Shown: positions 17,640 to 27,204 of the stretch, piece after piece
Layout: the number at the start of each line of letters is the position of its first letter
Position numbering within the stretch: position 1 is the first letter of the stretch
Source: a virus
Reading direction: 5' to 3' (one strand)
DNA: 64,000 nt
Virus record (IMG/VR): IMGVR_UViG_3300019754_000001
Span: 1 to 64,000 of that record
Notes under the pieces: generated by a model
What the model was told of the DNA's origin: nothing
Seen by the model: only the letters and a program-made list of their open reading frames with translations
The model's database searches: none
Program-made: the position numbers and the translations under genes

Positions 17640-18677
17640 ATGGCTTTAAAATCATTAAGAACGTTCAATTTCGGTAAAACAGAAGAATTAAACTTAGGTA
17701 TCAAAACACGAGTAGGCTCATCTAAAAGTGTTGAAATCCCACAAGTGGACATTGAAGGAAATCCGTTAGTTGGCGTATCTATGCAAGCATTCGAACTCCT
17801 TTCAAAAGGAACATCTTTGTCACATCGATTTGCTTACCATAAAGCATTTAATTCATATGCACAAGTTATTGAAAATGAATTAACAGGAGATTTAGATACA
17901 AATCGCTTACCAGCACCAATGAAAAAAGTAGCTGACTTTGAAACAGCTATTGCATCCTTACCTGAATCAGTAAGAGCTACTGAAAAAGGTGGTAAAATGG
18001 TTGACATAGAGTATGTTAAATTAGACCCAACTACTCAAGAAGTATTAGAAGAAGTTGCTGAGATTAGTGGAACATTCTACAGATTAGTACACAATCAACC
18101 AGTATACAAACAATACTATACTACTGCAGGTATTCCCATCACAGCTGATAAAACAGGAGCTATCGAAGATGAGAATGGTGATTTCTTTAAAAACACACCC
18201 AATAAATATAGCTACATTTGTAATGTTGGTATTGGTATATTCAATGGTGTTGCTATTAATGAGCGAGGTGACGCTATCAGCGGAACTGAAGGAACATACA
18301 TGGCAGTAGGCCCACGTGACCAAGCAGATTTTATGGTAGGTGCTCCAACTCGCAGTGGTGTTAAAGTTGCTGTTAAATCAATCATGAGCTCTGTATTAGG
18401 ACACCCTGTATACGGTGTATTGGAACCCTCTATTGCTGAGACTGGCAATATTCCAAAAGGTAAATTTAAAGTAAATAAAGGCACTGCTATTGGTATCTTT
18501 AATGCAGCAGGTGAGATTGCTCTTAAATTGGACGGTAAAGACGGACGATTAGGTTACAAATTATCTAACTTCATTCCCGTTAAAAAACGTAACAGTGAAG
18601 CTACAGAAGTTGCAAAAGTAGAAGTAGAAAAAGCTATTGAAACTAAAGGTAAAGCTTTAGATGATATGGATTTCTAG
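17640..18677 (+). CDS. Probably abundant hypothetical protein with an acidic-aromatic C-tail (possible SSB or annealing partner)
   Basis: Ends LDDMDF; 8 of 11 Arg codons are CGN; has its own terminator. Confidence 0.55.
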   Translation: MALKSLRTFNFGKTEELNLGIKTRVGSSKSVEIPQVDIEGNPLVGVSMQAFELLSKGTSLSHRFAYHKAFNSYAQVIENELTGDLDTNRLPAPMKKVADFETAIASLPESVRATEKGGKMVDIEYVKLDPTTQEVLEEVAEISGTFYRLVHNQPVYKQYYTTAGIPITADKTGAIEDENGDFFKNTPNKYSYICNVGIGIFNGVAINERGDAISGTEGTYMAVGPRDQADFMVGAPTRSGVKVAVKSIMSSVLGHPVYGVLEPSIAETGNIPKGKFKVNKGTAIGIFNAAGEIALKLDGKDGRLGYKLSNFIPVKKRNSEATEVAKVEVEKAIETKGKALDDMDF

Positions 18678-18710
18678 TAGTAAGTAATTACTAATTTTAA
18701 TTTTACAATT

Positions 18711-18740
18711 ACCCCCATCATTAAGTTGGTGGGGGTTTAT
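18711..18740 (+). terminator. Terminator-like hairpin
   Basis: ACCCCCATCA/TGGTGGGGGT plus a short T-run. Confidence 0.65.
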
Positions 18741-18766
18741 ACAATCACAATGCAAAAATCATTAAT

Positions 18767-19879
18767 ATGTTAAAATTCGAAAATAAGGCTGAAATAGTAA
18801 ATTACATCGGTGGAACTGTAGTTCGAATCGTTGAATTGAATGGAGACCTTTTAATTAATCCGACACTAGAGCAACTCAAAGAAGCATTGCCAGGATTCTC
18901 TGGGGATGATGAAATGGAGTACACATATAAATCCAAACTAGGATTTGGTTTTACTGATTTCATCTCTAATGGTGGAATGAAAATAGTATCAGAAGAAGTT
19001 ACTAAAGGACCGGAGTTTGATGCTTCTACAATGTCTCCTATGGAGGAAGTAGATGAGGCTAAAGTAACATTAGTTGTAGAATTCGAACATTTTGAAGAGT
19101 CTATTGTTAATAATAAAACTGTTAAGAAAGCAGTTAAAATTAGAAAACTAATGTCCTTTAGATTTAAGAATCACGTATCTATTACAAGTAGTGGTGATAA
19201 GAAAGAAGTATATAACAACTTAGGACAAACGTCTTATATAACTGCTGATGGAACACCCTCATCAGAATACTTCAAAAATGAAAATGTATTTGACTTACCA
19301 TTAGGAGGCCAAGGTTTAGGCTTCAAAGAACTTATCGACTTTATATACAGCTATGCTGCACAAGCAACAGGTAAAGTAGATTTAATATCTGCTGGAAGTT
19401 CTTTTGATAAGGACATTAATCCTGAAGATATGTTTGAAGGAGACTTCAGCGCCATTGTTGACAGGTTCAATGTAATACATGAATCATTAACTCAAGGAGA
19501 CCTTAAACTCTACGGAGCTTTAGTTCTACTTACAGCCACAGATAGCAATGGTAGAACCATTCAAACTTATTACGACAAGTTTGAAAGAGGTGTTATCAAT
19601 GACAAAGGAGAGTTAAATACTACAATGCAGTATATTAAAAATAAAGTAAACAAGTCTAGAGTCCCTAAAGCAGGTAAAGTATACTCTCCAGAATCAAAAT
19701 CGATACTGGTAGGAGTTAATGGTAACGTAGCTTTTGGAACACGTGAGGTTAAACCTTCATATATGGATTTTGTTGCAGTAGCTCCTATAACCCATACATC
19801 AACAGGGTTGCCACCAATATCATCAAATGAGTTTAGTGGTATTCCAGATTTACCAGCTAATCAAAATTTTGATTTTTAA
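18767..19879 (+). CDS. Putative single-stranded DNA-binding protein (crAss-type)
   Basis: Position before primase; NPTLEQL motif; low-complexity tail ending DLPANQNFDF. Confidence 0.55.
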   Translation: MLKFENKAEIVNYIGGTVVRIVELNGDLLINPTLEQLKEALPGFSGDDEMEYTYKSKLGFGFTDFISNGGMKIVSEEVTKGPEFDASTMSPMEEVDEAKVTLVVEFEHFEESIVNNKTVKKAVKIRKLMSFRFKNHVSITSSGDKKEVYNNLGQTSYITADGTPSSEYFKNENVFDLPLGGQGLGFKELIDFIYSYAAQATGKVDLISAGSSFDKDINPEDMFEGDFSAIVDRFNVIHESLTQGDLKLYGALVLLTATDSNGRTIQTYYDKFERGVINDKGELNTTMQYIKNKVNKSRVPKAGKVYSPESKSILVGVNGNVAFGTREVKPSYMDFVAVAPITHTSTGLPPISSNEFSGIPDLPANQNFDF

Positions 19880-19885
19880 TGAATT

Positions 19886-19914
19886 AGGGGAGTCTTAGGA
19901 TTCCTCTTTTTTTT
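19886..19914 (+). terminator. Rho-independent terminator
   Basis: AGGGGAGTC/GATTCCTCT plus T-tract. Confidence 0.8.
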
Positions 19915-19916
19915 AA

Positions 19917-20873
19917 ATGGATAGAGATAGTATTTTAAACAACAGTGAGACCTTATTTACTCATCTTTTAGGTTCTTTACCTATAAAGAGGTATATAAAA
20001 AGTCCACTGAGAGATGAGGATACTACGGCATCTTTTACCTTATATTATTATAAAAACACATTATGGTTTAAGGACTGGGGAGGTAAATATGGTAATGTAA
20101 TAGATTACGTAATGTTACTAAATAACCTTTCTTTTAAAGAAGCTGTGGGTTATATAGAATCCCTCCCACCAATGGCCTACATAAAGCCACCCCCAATAAA
20201 AGAATCTGTAACAACAATAGAGTATAAAGAATACTCTACGTTTACAAAAACAGATGCAATGTATTGGACAGCCTTAGGAGTTTCATCTAAGTTACTTAGA
20301 AAAGAGGGAGTAAAATCTGCAATGCTGCTAAGAATAAATGGAATGCCATTTTATGCTGCATCTGCTGGAGACCCTATATATATTTATACAATTACTCATA
20401 AAGGAGAGGAGCGTTGTAAAACATATATACCTAGAGGGCCAAAAGAGATAAAATTTAGAAATAATTTTCCAAATGTGTCAAGGTACGTGCATGGATTAAA
20501 TACACTTGATAAAAAAGCTACTTATGTAATTATAACTAAATCTGTTAAAGATGAGCTTGTTTTGAAAGGTATGGGTTTTAATGCAATATCTACACAAGGA
20601 GAAGATATAAACATACCTGCATACCTTATAAGGTGGCTGAGGGCTAAATATAGTAATTTATTTATCTTATACGATAATGACTTTACTAAGCCAGACCCTT
20701 ATAAATTTTCAAAGAAGCACGCAAGGATACATAATTTAAATGAATTGAGGGTACCTGAAGTAATACAAGCTACAGACATAGCCGAAGTATATTTAAAAGA
20801 TGCTAGATATGCTAAGTACTTCATTGAAATAAACTTGAATAAATATGGAAAACTTAGTAATTGTAAGACTTAA
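19917..20873 (+). CDS. DNA primase (DnaG-like, crAss-type)
   Basis: SPLRDEDTTASF...FKDWG...GNVIDYV N-domain; TOPRIM-like ITKSVKD...LYDND. Confidence 0.85.
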   Translation: MDRDSILNNSETLFTHLLGSLPIKRYIKSPLRDEDTTASFTLYYYKNTLWFKDWGGKYGNVIDYVMLLNNLSFKEAVGYIESLPPMAYIKPPPIKESVTTIEYKEYSTFTKTDAMYWTALGVSSKLLRKEGVKSAMLLRINGMPFYAASAGDPIYIYTITHKGEERCKTYIPRGPKEIKFRNNFPNVSRYVHGLNTLDKKATYVIITKSVKDELVLKGMGFNAISTQGEDINIPAYLIRWLRAKYSNLFILYDNDFTKPDPYKFSKKHARIHNLNELRVPEVIQATDIAEVYLKDARYAKYFIEINLNKYGKLSNCKT

Positions 20874-21219
20874 ATACAGTGGAGGACTTACTGAAGAATG
20901 GGATATTGTTCATAAGCATGAAGATATTGCTTATGAAACAACAAAAATGTTTAAAGGTTATGATTCCTTAGATGGAACTAGAGTAAACCGTAGAATTTAT
21001 AAATCTGAAATAGGAATACCTAAGTTAAAAGTATCGGATTCTGATATAATTAACTTAAAGGAGGGAGAATGGATACGTGTATATGTGGAAAAAGAAGACA
21101 CTAAAAAAGCTTTAAAAGATCTAAAGGAAGTAATAAAGCAGAAGCTTGAAATACTAGGTATTAAAATTGAGGAGTTCTTAGACACTGCAATAGAGCTTAC
21201 AGAATTCTTAGATGCTTAA
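20845..21219 (+). CDS. Hypothetical protein
   Basis: ORF in operon. Confidence 0.7.
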   Translation: MENLVIVRLKYSGGLTEEWDIVHKHEDIAYETTKMFKGYDSLDGTRVNRRIYKSEIGIPKLKVSDSDIINLKEGEWIRVYVEKEDTKKALKDLKEVIKQKLEILGIKIEEFLDTAIELTEFLDA

Positions 21220-21697
21220 TGAGGTATTAAAATATTTATATGCGGCTGCTTTCAGTATACCAAGTTCAGCAGTAGATTTGGCAGAGGTATCTGAAATAAC
21301 ATTTATGTCAAATCTCAAGCTAGACAGTAGGATTAAAATAGTATCAAAAAGAGAATTAATAATTCAAAATAAAACTAAAAAGTATATAAAGGATGGTAAC
21401 GTAATTACTATTATAATCCCAACCGGTACTAGGATTCCAATCATTAAGAAAGTTAAATATCAAAAATTGGATGATTTAACTGATTATGAAAAGAGTCAAC
21501 TACTAGCATTCTTGGGTGGGTTGCAGGTTAATAATAAAGTAATACTGGAAAAGTTAGAGAAAATCATTGTAAACTTCTCTGAGTATAAGATAGACTATAT
21601 AGCTAATAGATTGATAGCTGATGGTAGGAGTGTAAAACAAAGTAAAAAGTATGCTAAGCATTTATATAAGATTAATTCTGACTTTACAGTTTGGTAA
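21212..21697 (+). CDS. Hypothetical protein
   Basis: ORF in operon. Confidence 0.7.
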   Translation: MLNEVLKYLYAAAFSIPSSAVDLAEVSEITFMSNLKLDSRIKIVSKRELIIQNKTKKYIKDGNVITIIIPTGTRIPIIKKVKYQKLDDLTDYEKSQLLAFLGGLQVNNKVILEKLEKIIVNFSEYKIDYIANRLIADGRSVKQSKKYAKHLYKINSDFTVW

Positions 21698-21771
21698 TAA
21701 TTATAATTGGATAGGCTACTAAAATACTAATTTTTTAAAATTATTTTCACTTCACCCCAAATTCAATCAAT

Positions 21772-21881
21772 TTGTAAATAAAGTGTATTTTTAGGACTTT
21801 TCTCGAATTTTAAATAGTTTTTGGTATACTTATATCAATTTTAAAATATCTCTAAAAGTCCAAAATTCACACTTTTTACAA
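21772..21881. repeat. AT-rich imperfect inverted repeat (~110 bp)
   Basis: TGTAAATAAAGTGTATTTTTAGGACTTTT ... AAAAGTCCAAAATTCACACTTTTTACA around a GGTATACTTATATC core. Confidence 0.7.
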
Positions 21882-21914
21882 CACAAAACACATTAAGTAT
21901 TAAAATTAAATTAA

Positions 21915-22187
21915 ATGGGTATATTATTAGGTCTCGATTGGATATCTTTAGTCATTGCAGTATTATTGGTCGCATCACAAGTTTATACACAAGTAAAAGA
22001 ACGTAAAGAAAATAGGAAACTTTACGAAGAGTTAAGTGCTATTTTGCAAGACAGCGAATTATCCCGCACAGAAAAGAGAGATAAAGGAATGAATCTTTGT
22101 AACGAGTATGATACAAAAATGGCTTATGGAGCTTATTGTGTACTTTCTCATGCAGAACTAGAAGAAGCAAAAGAATTAATTGGATAA
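21915..22187 (+). CDS. Membrane-anchored hypothetical protein
   Basis: N-terminal TM helix. Confidence 0.7.
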   Translation: MGILLGLDWISLVIAVLLVASQVYTQVKERKENRKLYEELSAILQDSELSRTEKRDKGMNLCNEYDTKMAYGAYCVLSHAELEEAKELIG

Positions 22188-22220
22188 ACAGTAAATAATA
22201 AATAATAAATAAGTATTAAC

Positions 22221-22847
22221 ATGGGTAAAGAAAAAGAAGCAACATCTTTTAAAATAGCACAAATTAACAAGTTTACATGCGGCAAGATAGGAAAATTCAC
22301 CATTCCAGACTCTGAAGATGTAGGTGCACTTAATAGAGAAATTCACGATGCTTTCCTATCAGAGGAGGGGGATTTTATAGGTGATTTTAAACTAGGGTTG
22401 GCCTATCTTACAAACAATATGGTTGTCTGCTTAACTAATCCTGTAGGTGTTGGAGTTGTGTTAAATAAACAAATAACCAACGAAAAGTTTATAAAAGATT
22501 ATAAAGAAACTAAAGAATTAGAAGACGCTGACATTAAAGGTTATTTTGGATACTCTAATAATGGAGGTCAACTTTTCACATTAGGAAATAGAATATTTGA
22601 TGCTGAGTATATACCAGTAAGAGAAGACTATGATGAAAATGAGTGGTTAACTTTTGAATACATGAGAATTGTTGCTGCATCTAACATGGTTAGAGAAAAA
22701 AGAATAACAGGAGATGAAGCATTAGAGCAAATAACAATAACTTCAGTTATTCCATTTGAGATGAGAGGTAAGGAGGTTATAAAATTCTGGAGTGATGCTA
22801 AAAGAGCAGCCATAAACCTATCAGAGTACTTAAATAAAGATTTTTAA
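22221..22847 (+). CDS. Hypothetical phage protein
   Basis: Long ORF. Confidence 0.75.
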   Translation: MGKEKEATSFKIAQINKFTCGKIGKFTIPDSEDVGALNREIHDAFLSEEGDFIGDFKLGLAYLTNNMVVCLTNPVGVGVVLNKQITNEKFIKDYKETKELEDADIKGYFGYSNNGGQLFTLGNRIFDAEYIPVREDYDENEWLTFEYMRIVAASNMVREKRITGDEALEQITITSVIPFEMRGKEVIKFWSDAKRAAINLSEYLNKDF

Positions 22848-23011
22848 TGGAAAAGTTATTTAAAAGAGTTATGAAGGCTTTAAAAAGCTTTATAGAGAGG
22901 CAAAGAGATATAACTAATAATAAAATTGAAATGCTGGAAGCAGAAATGCCTAAAGACTCTATAGACTTTAAACAGGATATTGAAGAAGATGAGCGCCCAC
23001 ATGAAGTTTAA
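22847..23011 (+). CDS. Small hypothetical protein (54 aa, not in ORF track)
   Basis: TAATG-coupled on both sides. Confidence 0.6.
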   Translation: MEKLFKRVMKALKSFIERQRDITNNKIEMLEAEMPKDSIDFKQDIEEDERPHEV

Positions 23012-23778
23012 TGTATTACAGTAAGAGAGATAAGGCTTTTGATGTTCTAAATGCAATATTAGGATTCCAACAAGTAAAAAATAATGCAGACTACTGCCTT
23101 GTATGGATGAAGCAAATGGTACACAAACCAAATAGAAAGTTTCCAACAACAGTGTGGGCAAAAACTTTAATGAAGAGAGAAGATGTAATGAAGCACTTCA
23201 AAACACCCCTCAAGAATCTAAAGATAGATTCACTTTATATGCTTGATAGTGAATTTTGTACAAAGTGGATAACTACTGAGGGAGAATCTAAGAATTTTAT
23301 TAAAGCTATTATACCCTTCCCAACGTCAGAATTGACTGGGAGGGTATTTAATGTGCAGATAAATCAGTATTCTAATGACATACCTGAATCTGTAAAAGAG
23401 AGGGCATTAATAGAAGGACTAACTAATGAAGATCAAAAACAAATACTCATCGAATATACAAAGAAGAGTAGGGCGCATACTTACTGGGGTTATGGTAATG
23501 AGAAGAAACTTGTACCTCTATTTACTTTAGGTAGTAAAATGAAATACCCAATATATGAGGAGAAAATAATTGTGGAGGGGGAAGCCAATCACACTATACT
23601 AAACTCTATAGGGATAGATACATCAGACTTCCCTTATAGATTAGACTCCAGCATCATGAAATTAGATGCAATAACTAAATATTTTGGTAAAGCAGCCGTA
23701 GAAGAAGACAGTAGATTTGCTCTACGCTCAATCTTCGGCACTAAATGGAAAGATAATGATTATAGGAATAGCAGGTAG
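23011..23778 (+). CDS. Hypothetical protein
   Basis: Long ORF; its 3' end carries repeat copy G. Confidence 0.75.
   Translation: MYYSKRDKAFDVLNAILGFQQVKNNADYCLVWMKQMVHKPNRKFPTTVWAKTLMKREDVMKHFKTPLKNLKIDSLYMLDSEFCTKWITTEGESKNFIKAIIPFPTSELTGRVFNVQINQYSNDIPESVKERALIEGLTNEDQKQILIEYTKKSRAHTYWGYGNEKKLVPLFTLGSKMKYPIYEEKIIVEGEANHTILNSIGIDTSDFPYRLDSSIMKLDAITKYFGKAAVEEDSRFALRSIFGTKWKDNDYRNSR
23694..23740 (+). repeat. Bipartite element copy G (inside CDS)
   Basis: AGCCGTAGAAGAAGACAGTA-N16-AATCTTCGGC; first 20 nt are 19/20 identical to copy A, ungapped. Confidence 0.85.
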
Positions 23779-24412
23779 GACTGGAGTTGGCAAAGACACT
23801 CTAGCTTTAGCAATAAAACAAGTAGGAATTGAAAGCTACGGAATAGAGTGGGAGATTAGAAGGTTCTCGGCAGTTACAAAGAGTATAGTAGCTAGGATGC
23901 TAGGAATATCTGAAGAACTAATGGAGGATAGAGGTATTAAAGAAATGCTATTGGCAGATGCTCTAAGGAAAAATGCCGCCGAGATTAAGCAGGGGAGAGA
24001 ATTACTACTTTCTTCTATGGCTTTGGATAAGGTATTAGAATTAAAGTTTTATAAGTACAATACTGTAAAAGGACTACTTAATGACTTTTATAAACTAATG
24101 GAATCTGAATTTGATCAAAATATATTAATCTTAAACGAATTAATATACTTAAGAGAGAATGAAAATAAGAATATTATATACACAGACATTAGAGACCATC
24201 AAAAGATAGAGTTAATAAAAGATTTAAAAGGGTTGAATATAATGGTAAGTAGAAATAATGTACCAAAGCTTAAAATGGAAAATATGGTAGATTTCTTAGC
24301 TGTTGATATGTATATAGTTGATAAAAAATTAGAAGATTTAGATCTAGTGGCTAGAACAATAAATATAGCGGCCAGTACAACAAATGAATACGATAACAAA
24401 TCAAAAATATAA
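23756..24412 (+). CDS. Deoxynucleoside monophosphate kinase
   Basis: MIIGIAGRTGVGKDT, RRFS, IYTDIR motifs. Confidence 0.8.
   Translation: MIIGIAGRTGVGKDTLALAIKQVGIESYGIEWEIRRFSAVTKSIVARMLGISEELMEDRGIKEMLLADALRKNAAEIKQGRELLLSSMALDKVLELKFYKYNTVKGLLNDFYKLMESEFDQNILILNELIYLRENENKNIIYTDIRDHQKIELIKDLKGLNIMVSRNNVPKLKMENMVDFLAVDMYIVDKKLEDLDLVARTINIAASTTNEYDNKSKI
23972..24022 (-). repeat. Bipartite element copy C (inside dNMP kinase CDS)
   Basis: Reverse complement AGCCATAGAAGAAAGTA...CTGCTTAATCTCGGCGG; ungapped against copy D. Confidence 0.85.
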
Positions 24413-24417
24413 TTAAT

Positions 24418-24873
24418 ATGCTTAAAAGATATAATATAAAAGCTACTTTTAAATTAAGAAACACAACCAAAAGAAGAGCATCCATATTAAGCTACGTATC
24501 TAATGGTATTGAAACAGTAACACACCCCAAAATAGAAACTTTAGGGTATTCAGTAAAGATAGGAATAAACAAAGTATCACTAAGTAGCTTTGCAGAGGCT
24601 AAGAGGTATCCAAATCCAGTAGAACTTGCATCAGGAACATTGATAACTCACGACTCCGTAATAGAGGTTAGGCCCTTTAGAGGATATAAGTTCTTTTGCA
24701 TATACAGAGAGGATGAGACAGCTGAATTTGGATTTGCTGGACAGCTTACATCTAAGAAGCCCCGATTTTCAACTTTTATATCTCTATTTGATTGGGTAAG
24801 AAGTGTATTGCCATTTGAAATGGAAAGAATTTCAAGTGAAGAACTTCTTAAAATGTATCATACGGAACACTAA
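24418..24873 (+). CDS. Hypothetical protein
   Basis: ORF in operon. Confidence 0.7.
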   Translation: MLKRYNIKATFKLRNTTKRRASILSYVSNGIETVTHPKIETLGYSVKIGINKVSLSSFAEAKRYPNPVELASGTLITHDSVIEVRPFRGYKFFCIYREDETAEFGFAGQLTSKKPRFSTFISLFDWVRSVLPFEMERISSEELLKMYHTEH

Positions 24874-25586
24874 TGAACATATATCTAGGATTAGAATACT
24901 CTACAGACTATTCAGTTAAAACACTGTTTGGAAGTATGATATCAGAAACTATTGACATAATAGGAATAGGATTAGCAGTAGATAAAGAAAGTCTTCCCAC
25001 ATACAGTAAGGTCATTGTTAATGAAAAAGAGTATAAAGTTTTAAGTATCTCTAGATTTACAGGTAAAATAGCTCTAGAAGGAGAAAATGGGTGGACAAGT
25101 AGCCATGTTTTAAACAGTATAGAGGAATCTAACTTTCAAATAGTTAAAAGCGTAAAGCCATTAAACTTCAGAAAGGTGTTTAAGGATAATGCAAAAGCGG
25201 TGGATAACATGTATAAATGTTCAATGCCCCCACCCTACAGTTTGAAGCGAAGGCACTTTAAAAGATACTTTAGGAGTGTTGAAGGGTTAAGCTTAGTAAT
25301 TAAAGGACTGGCTTCATACTTAGCAGAACACCATAGTGGTGATAAATTCACATTAGTACTTCCTGTAAATTATACTTTGTCTGGAGAAGTCTATAGAAAG
25401 GTAGACGAACTCGCTAAAATGCTAAAGGAAGCTTTAGTAAATAGAGGTAGAAAAAATGCAAAGGTTGAAGTTGAATACTTTACACCAAAAAGCCCAACAT
25501 GGACGGCTTTTGGAGATTCAATGCTAAACCATAGATTAAAAATAATAAGAGATGAATATCTCATACACAAATCATTAAATAAATAG
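24873..25586 (+). CDS. Hypothetical protein
   Basis: TAATG-coupled ORF. Confidence 0.7.
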   Translation: MNIYLGLEYSTDYSVKTLFGSMISETIDIIGIGLAVDKESLPTYSKVIVNEKEYKVLSISRFTGKIALEGENGWTSSHVLNSIEESNFQIVKSVKPLNFRKVFKDNAKAVDNMYKCSMPPPYSLKRRHFKRYFRSVEGLSLVIKGLASYLAEHHSGDKFTLVLPVNYTLSGEVYRKVDELAKMLKEALVNRGRKNAKVEVEYFTPKSPTWTAFGDSMLNHRLKIIRDEYLIHKSLNK

Positions 25587-25590
25587 TAAC

Positions 25591-25860
25591 ATGAAACAAA
25601 GAAAAACATTATTAGCAGGTGCACGTAACAAAGAAGTAGATATTAACAAAGTATTAAATAGAGATACAACAGCCTTACAATCCATGTACTGGAAAGAAAA
25701 AGGAATAATTGATTCAAAAAAAGAGGAGTTAGAGAGTATGCTTGAAGACCCTAAATACGTTATAGATTCAATCTATTTTACCCTCACAGAAGAGATAAAA
25801 AGAAAAGAAAATAGAATGAAAGAGATTAAAAAGTTAATTGACATAAATGAGAGCAAGTAA
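25591..25860 (+). CDS. Hypothetical coiled-coil protein
   Basis: ORF in operon. Confidence 0.7.
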   Translation: MKQRKTLLAGARNKEVDINKVLNRDTTALQSMYWKEKGIIDSKKEELESMLEDPKYVIDSIYFTLTEEIKRKENRMKEIKKLIDINESK

Positions 25861-27199
25861 AGTTGTGTTTAGTAATCCAGGACTAATATCAGTCCTGGAT
25901 TTAACTACTATGGGAGATAGTAGTAAAAAGAATAATAGCTTTAAAATAGGCAAATTTGATTCAGGACTTAAATATGCACTAGCTATTCTCTATAGAAATA
26001 ATGTAGAAGTTAAAATAGTTTCTGGAGATACTACCTTTACATTAGACTCCGAAGTACTTAAAGATAGTGTTACAGGTAAAGAGAAGGAAGTTCTTGTTAT
26101 AGTAGAATCACCCAAGCCTGAATATGAAATTGGAGAAGGTGCTTTATGTTCTAACTGTAAAGGAACTAATTATGGAGATGCTAGTAATAATTCAATACAC
26201 TACCAATGTGAAGGAGCCTATTGTGACGAAACTTACGAAGAGTATTTAGAATCATTAGAAATAAGACATATTACAGGTTTCTCACCGCAGTTGGGGCACG
26301 ATTGGGAACTATGGATGGCTATTAGAGAACTTTATAGTAATATGAAGGATGAAGGGGGTAGCATGTTCACATGCGATTATTTTGGAATGATTACTGATAA
26401 TACTTATATAGTTATACACATAACAGAAGAAATCAATAAAATACTAGATAACTTCGATGACTATTTTCTACCTAAAAGTGCTATAAAGATAGGCTCTTAT
26501 TCAACATTAAAGGTATTCAAAAATACAGGAAAGTATATAAAGATATACAAGCAAGGTATACTTATATATGAAAATATAGATATAGAATCACTTTATATGT
26601 ATGAGTGGGGGAATGCTGATATTGATGAAAGAAGGATTTTATCTAACTTTCACGAATTTAAGAACATGTATGACTGTGCTTTTAGAGATAGTAGTAATGA
26701 AGAACTTATAGTAGATTTTTTTGTAAACGTAAGAGAACATCATATGGAATCCTCTATGTATATAGGAGAACCTAGAGGTATGCTAGCAGCAATAATAAAT
26801 AAAGCATTAACTCCAACCGTCATTGAAACACTCCCTGAAAATATAAAGGTGTCTTTAAGTAGTGCGGGTGGAATAGATGTAGGAATACGTAGGATAAAAA
26901 CATTTGAACCTGACTATTCATATTCTACAGCAACAGTATCTAAGATGGAAGTAGAACTTACCTTTGAGGAAGAAATACAAAAGAAGTGTAAAACTTTTAA
27001 TATAGGATTTCCGGTAGTTAAATCAACAATATCTGGAAAATTAAAAGTACTGCCTGACATGTATAAGAAAGTAATATATGTAAGTGAAGACTTTACTGAA
27101 GAGGATAGGTGGGAGATAATAAGAGCTTCATTTAGATTACAATTTAATGATAATTTAACAGAAGCTCCATACAAAGAACTTGACAATTTTTATAAATAG
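25847..27199 (+). CDS. GHKL (HATPase_c)-type ATPase, circularly permuted
   Basis: G-boxes NPG...MGDSSK...IGKFDSGLKYA precede the N-box IRELYSNMKDEG. Confidence 0.7.
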   Translation: MRASKVVFSNPGLISVLDLTTMGDSSKKNNSFKIGKFDSGLKYALAILYRNNVEVKIVSGDTTFTLDSEVLKDSVTGKEKEVLVIVESPKPEYEIGEGALCSNCKGTNYGDASNNSIHYQCEGAYCDETYEEYLESLEIRHITGFSPQLGHDWELWMAIRELYSNMKDEGGSMFTCDYFGMITDNTYIVIHITEEINKILDNFDDYFLPKSAIKIGSYSTLKVFKNTGKYIKIYKQGILIYENIDIESLYMYEWGNADIDERRILSNFHEFKNMYDCAFRDSSNEELIVDFFVNVREHHMESSMYIGEPRGMLAAIINKALTPTVIETLPENIKVSLSSAGGIDVGIRRIKTFEPDYSYSTATVSKMEVELTFEEEIQKKCKTFNIGFPVVKSTISGKLKVLPDMYKKVIYVSEDFTEEDRWEIIRASFRLQFNDNLTEAPYKELDNFYK

Positions 27200-27204
27200 C
27201 TAAA

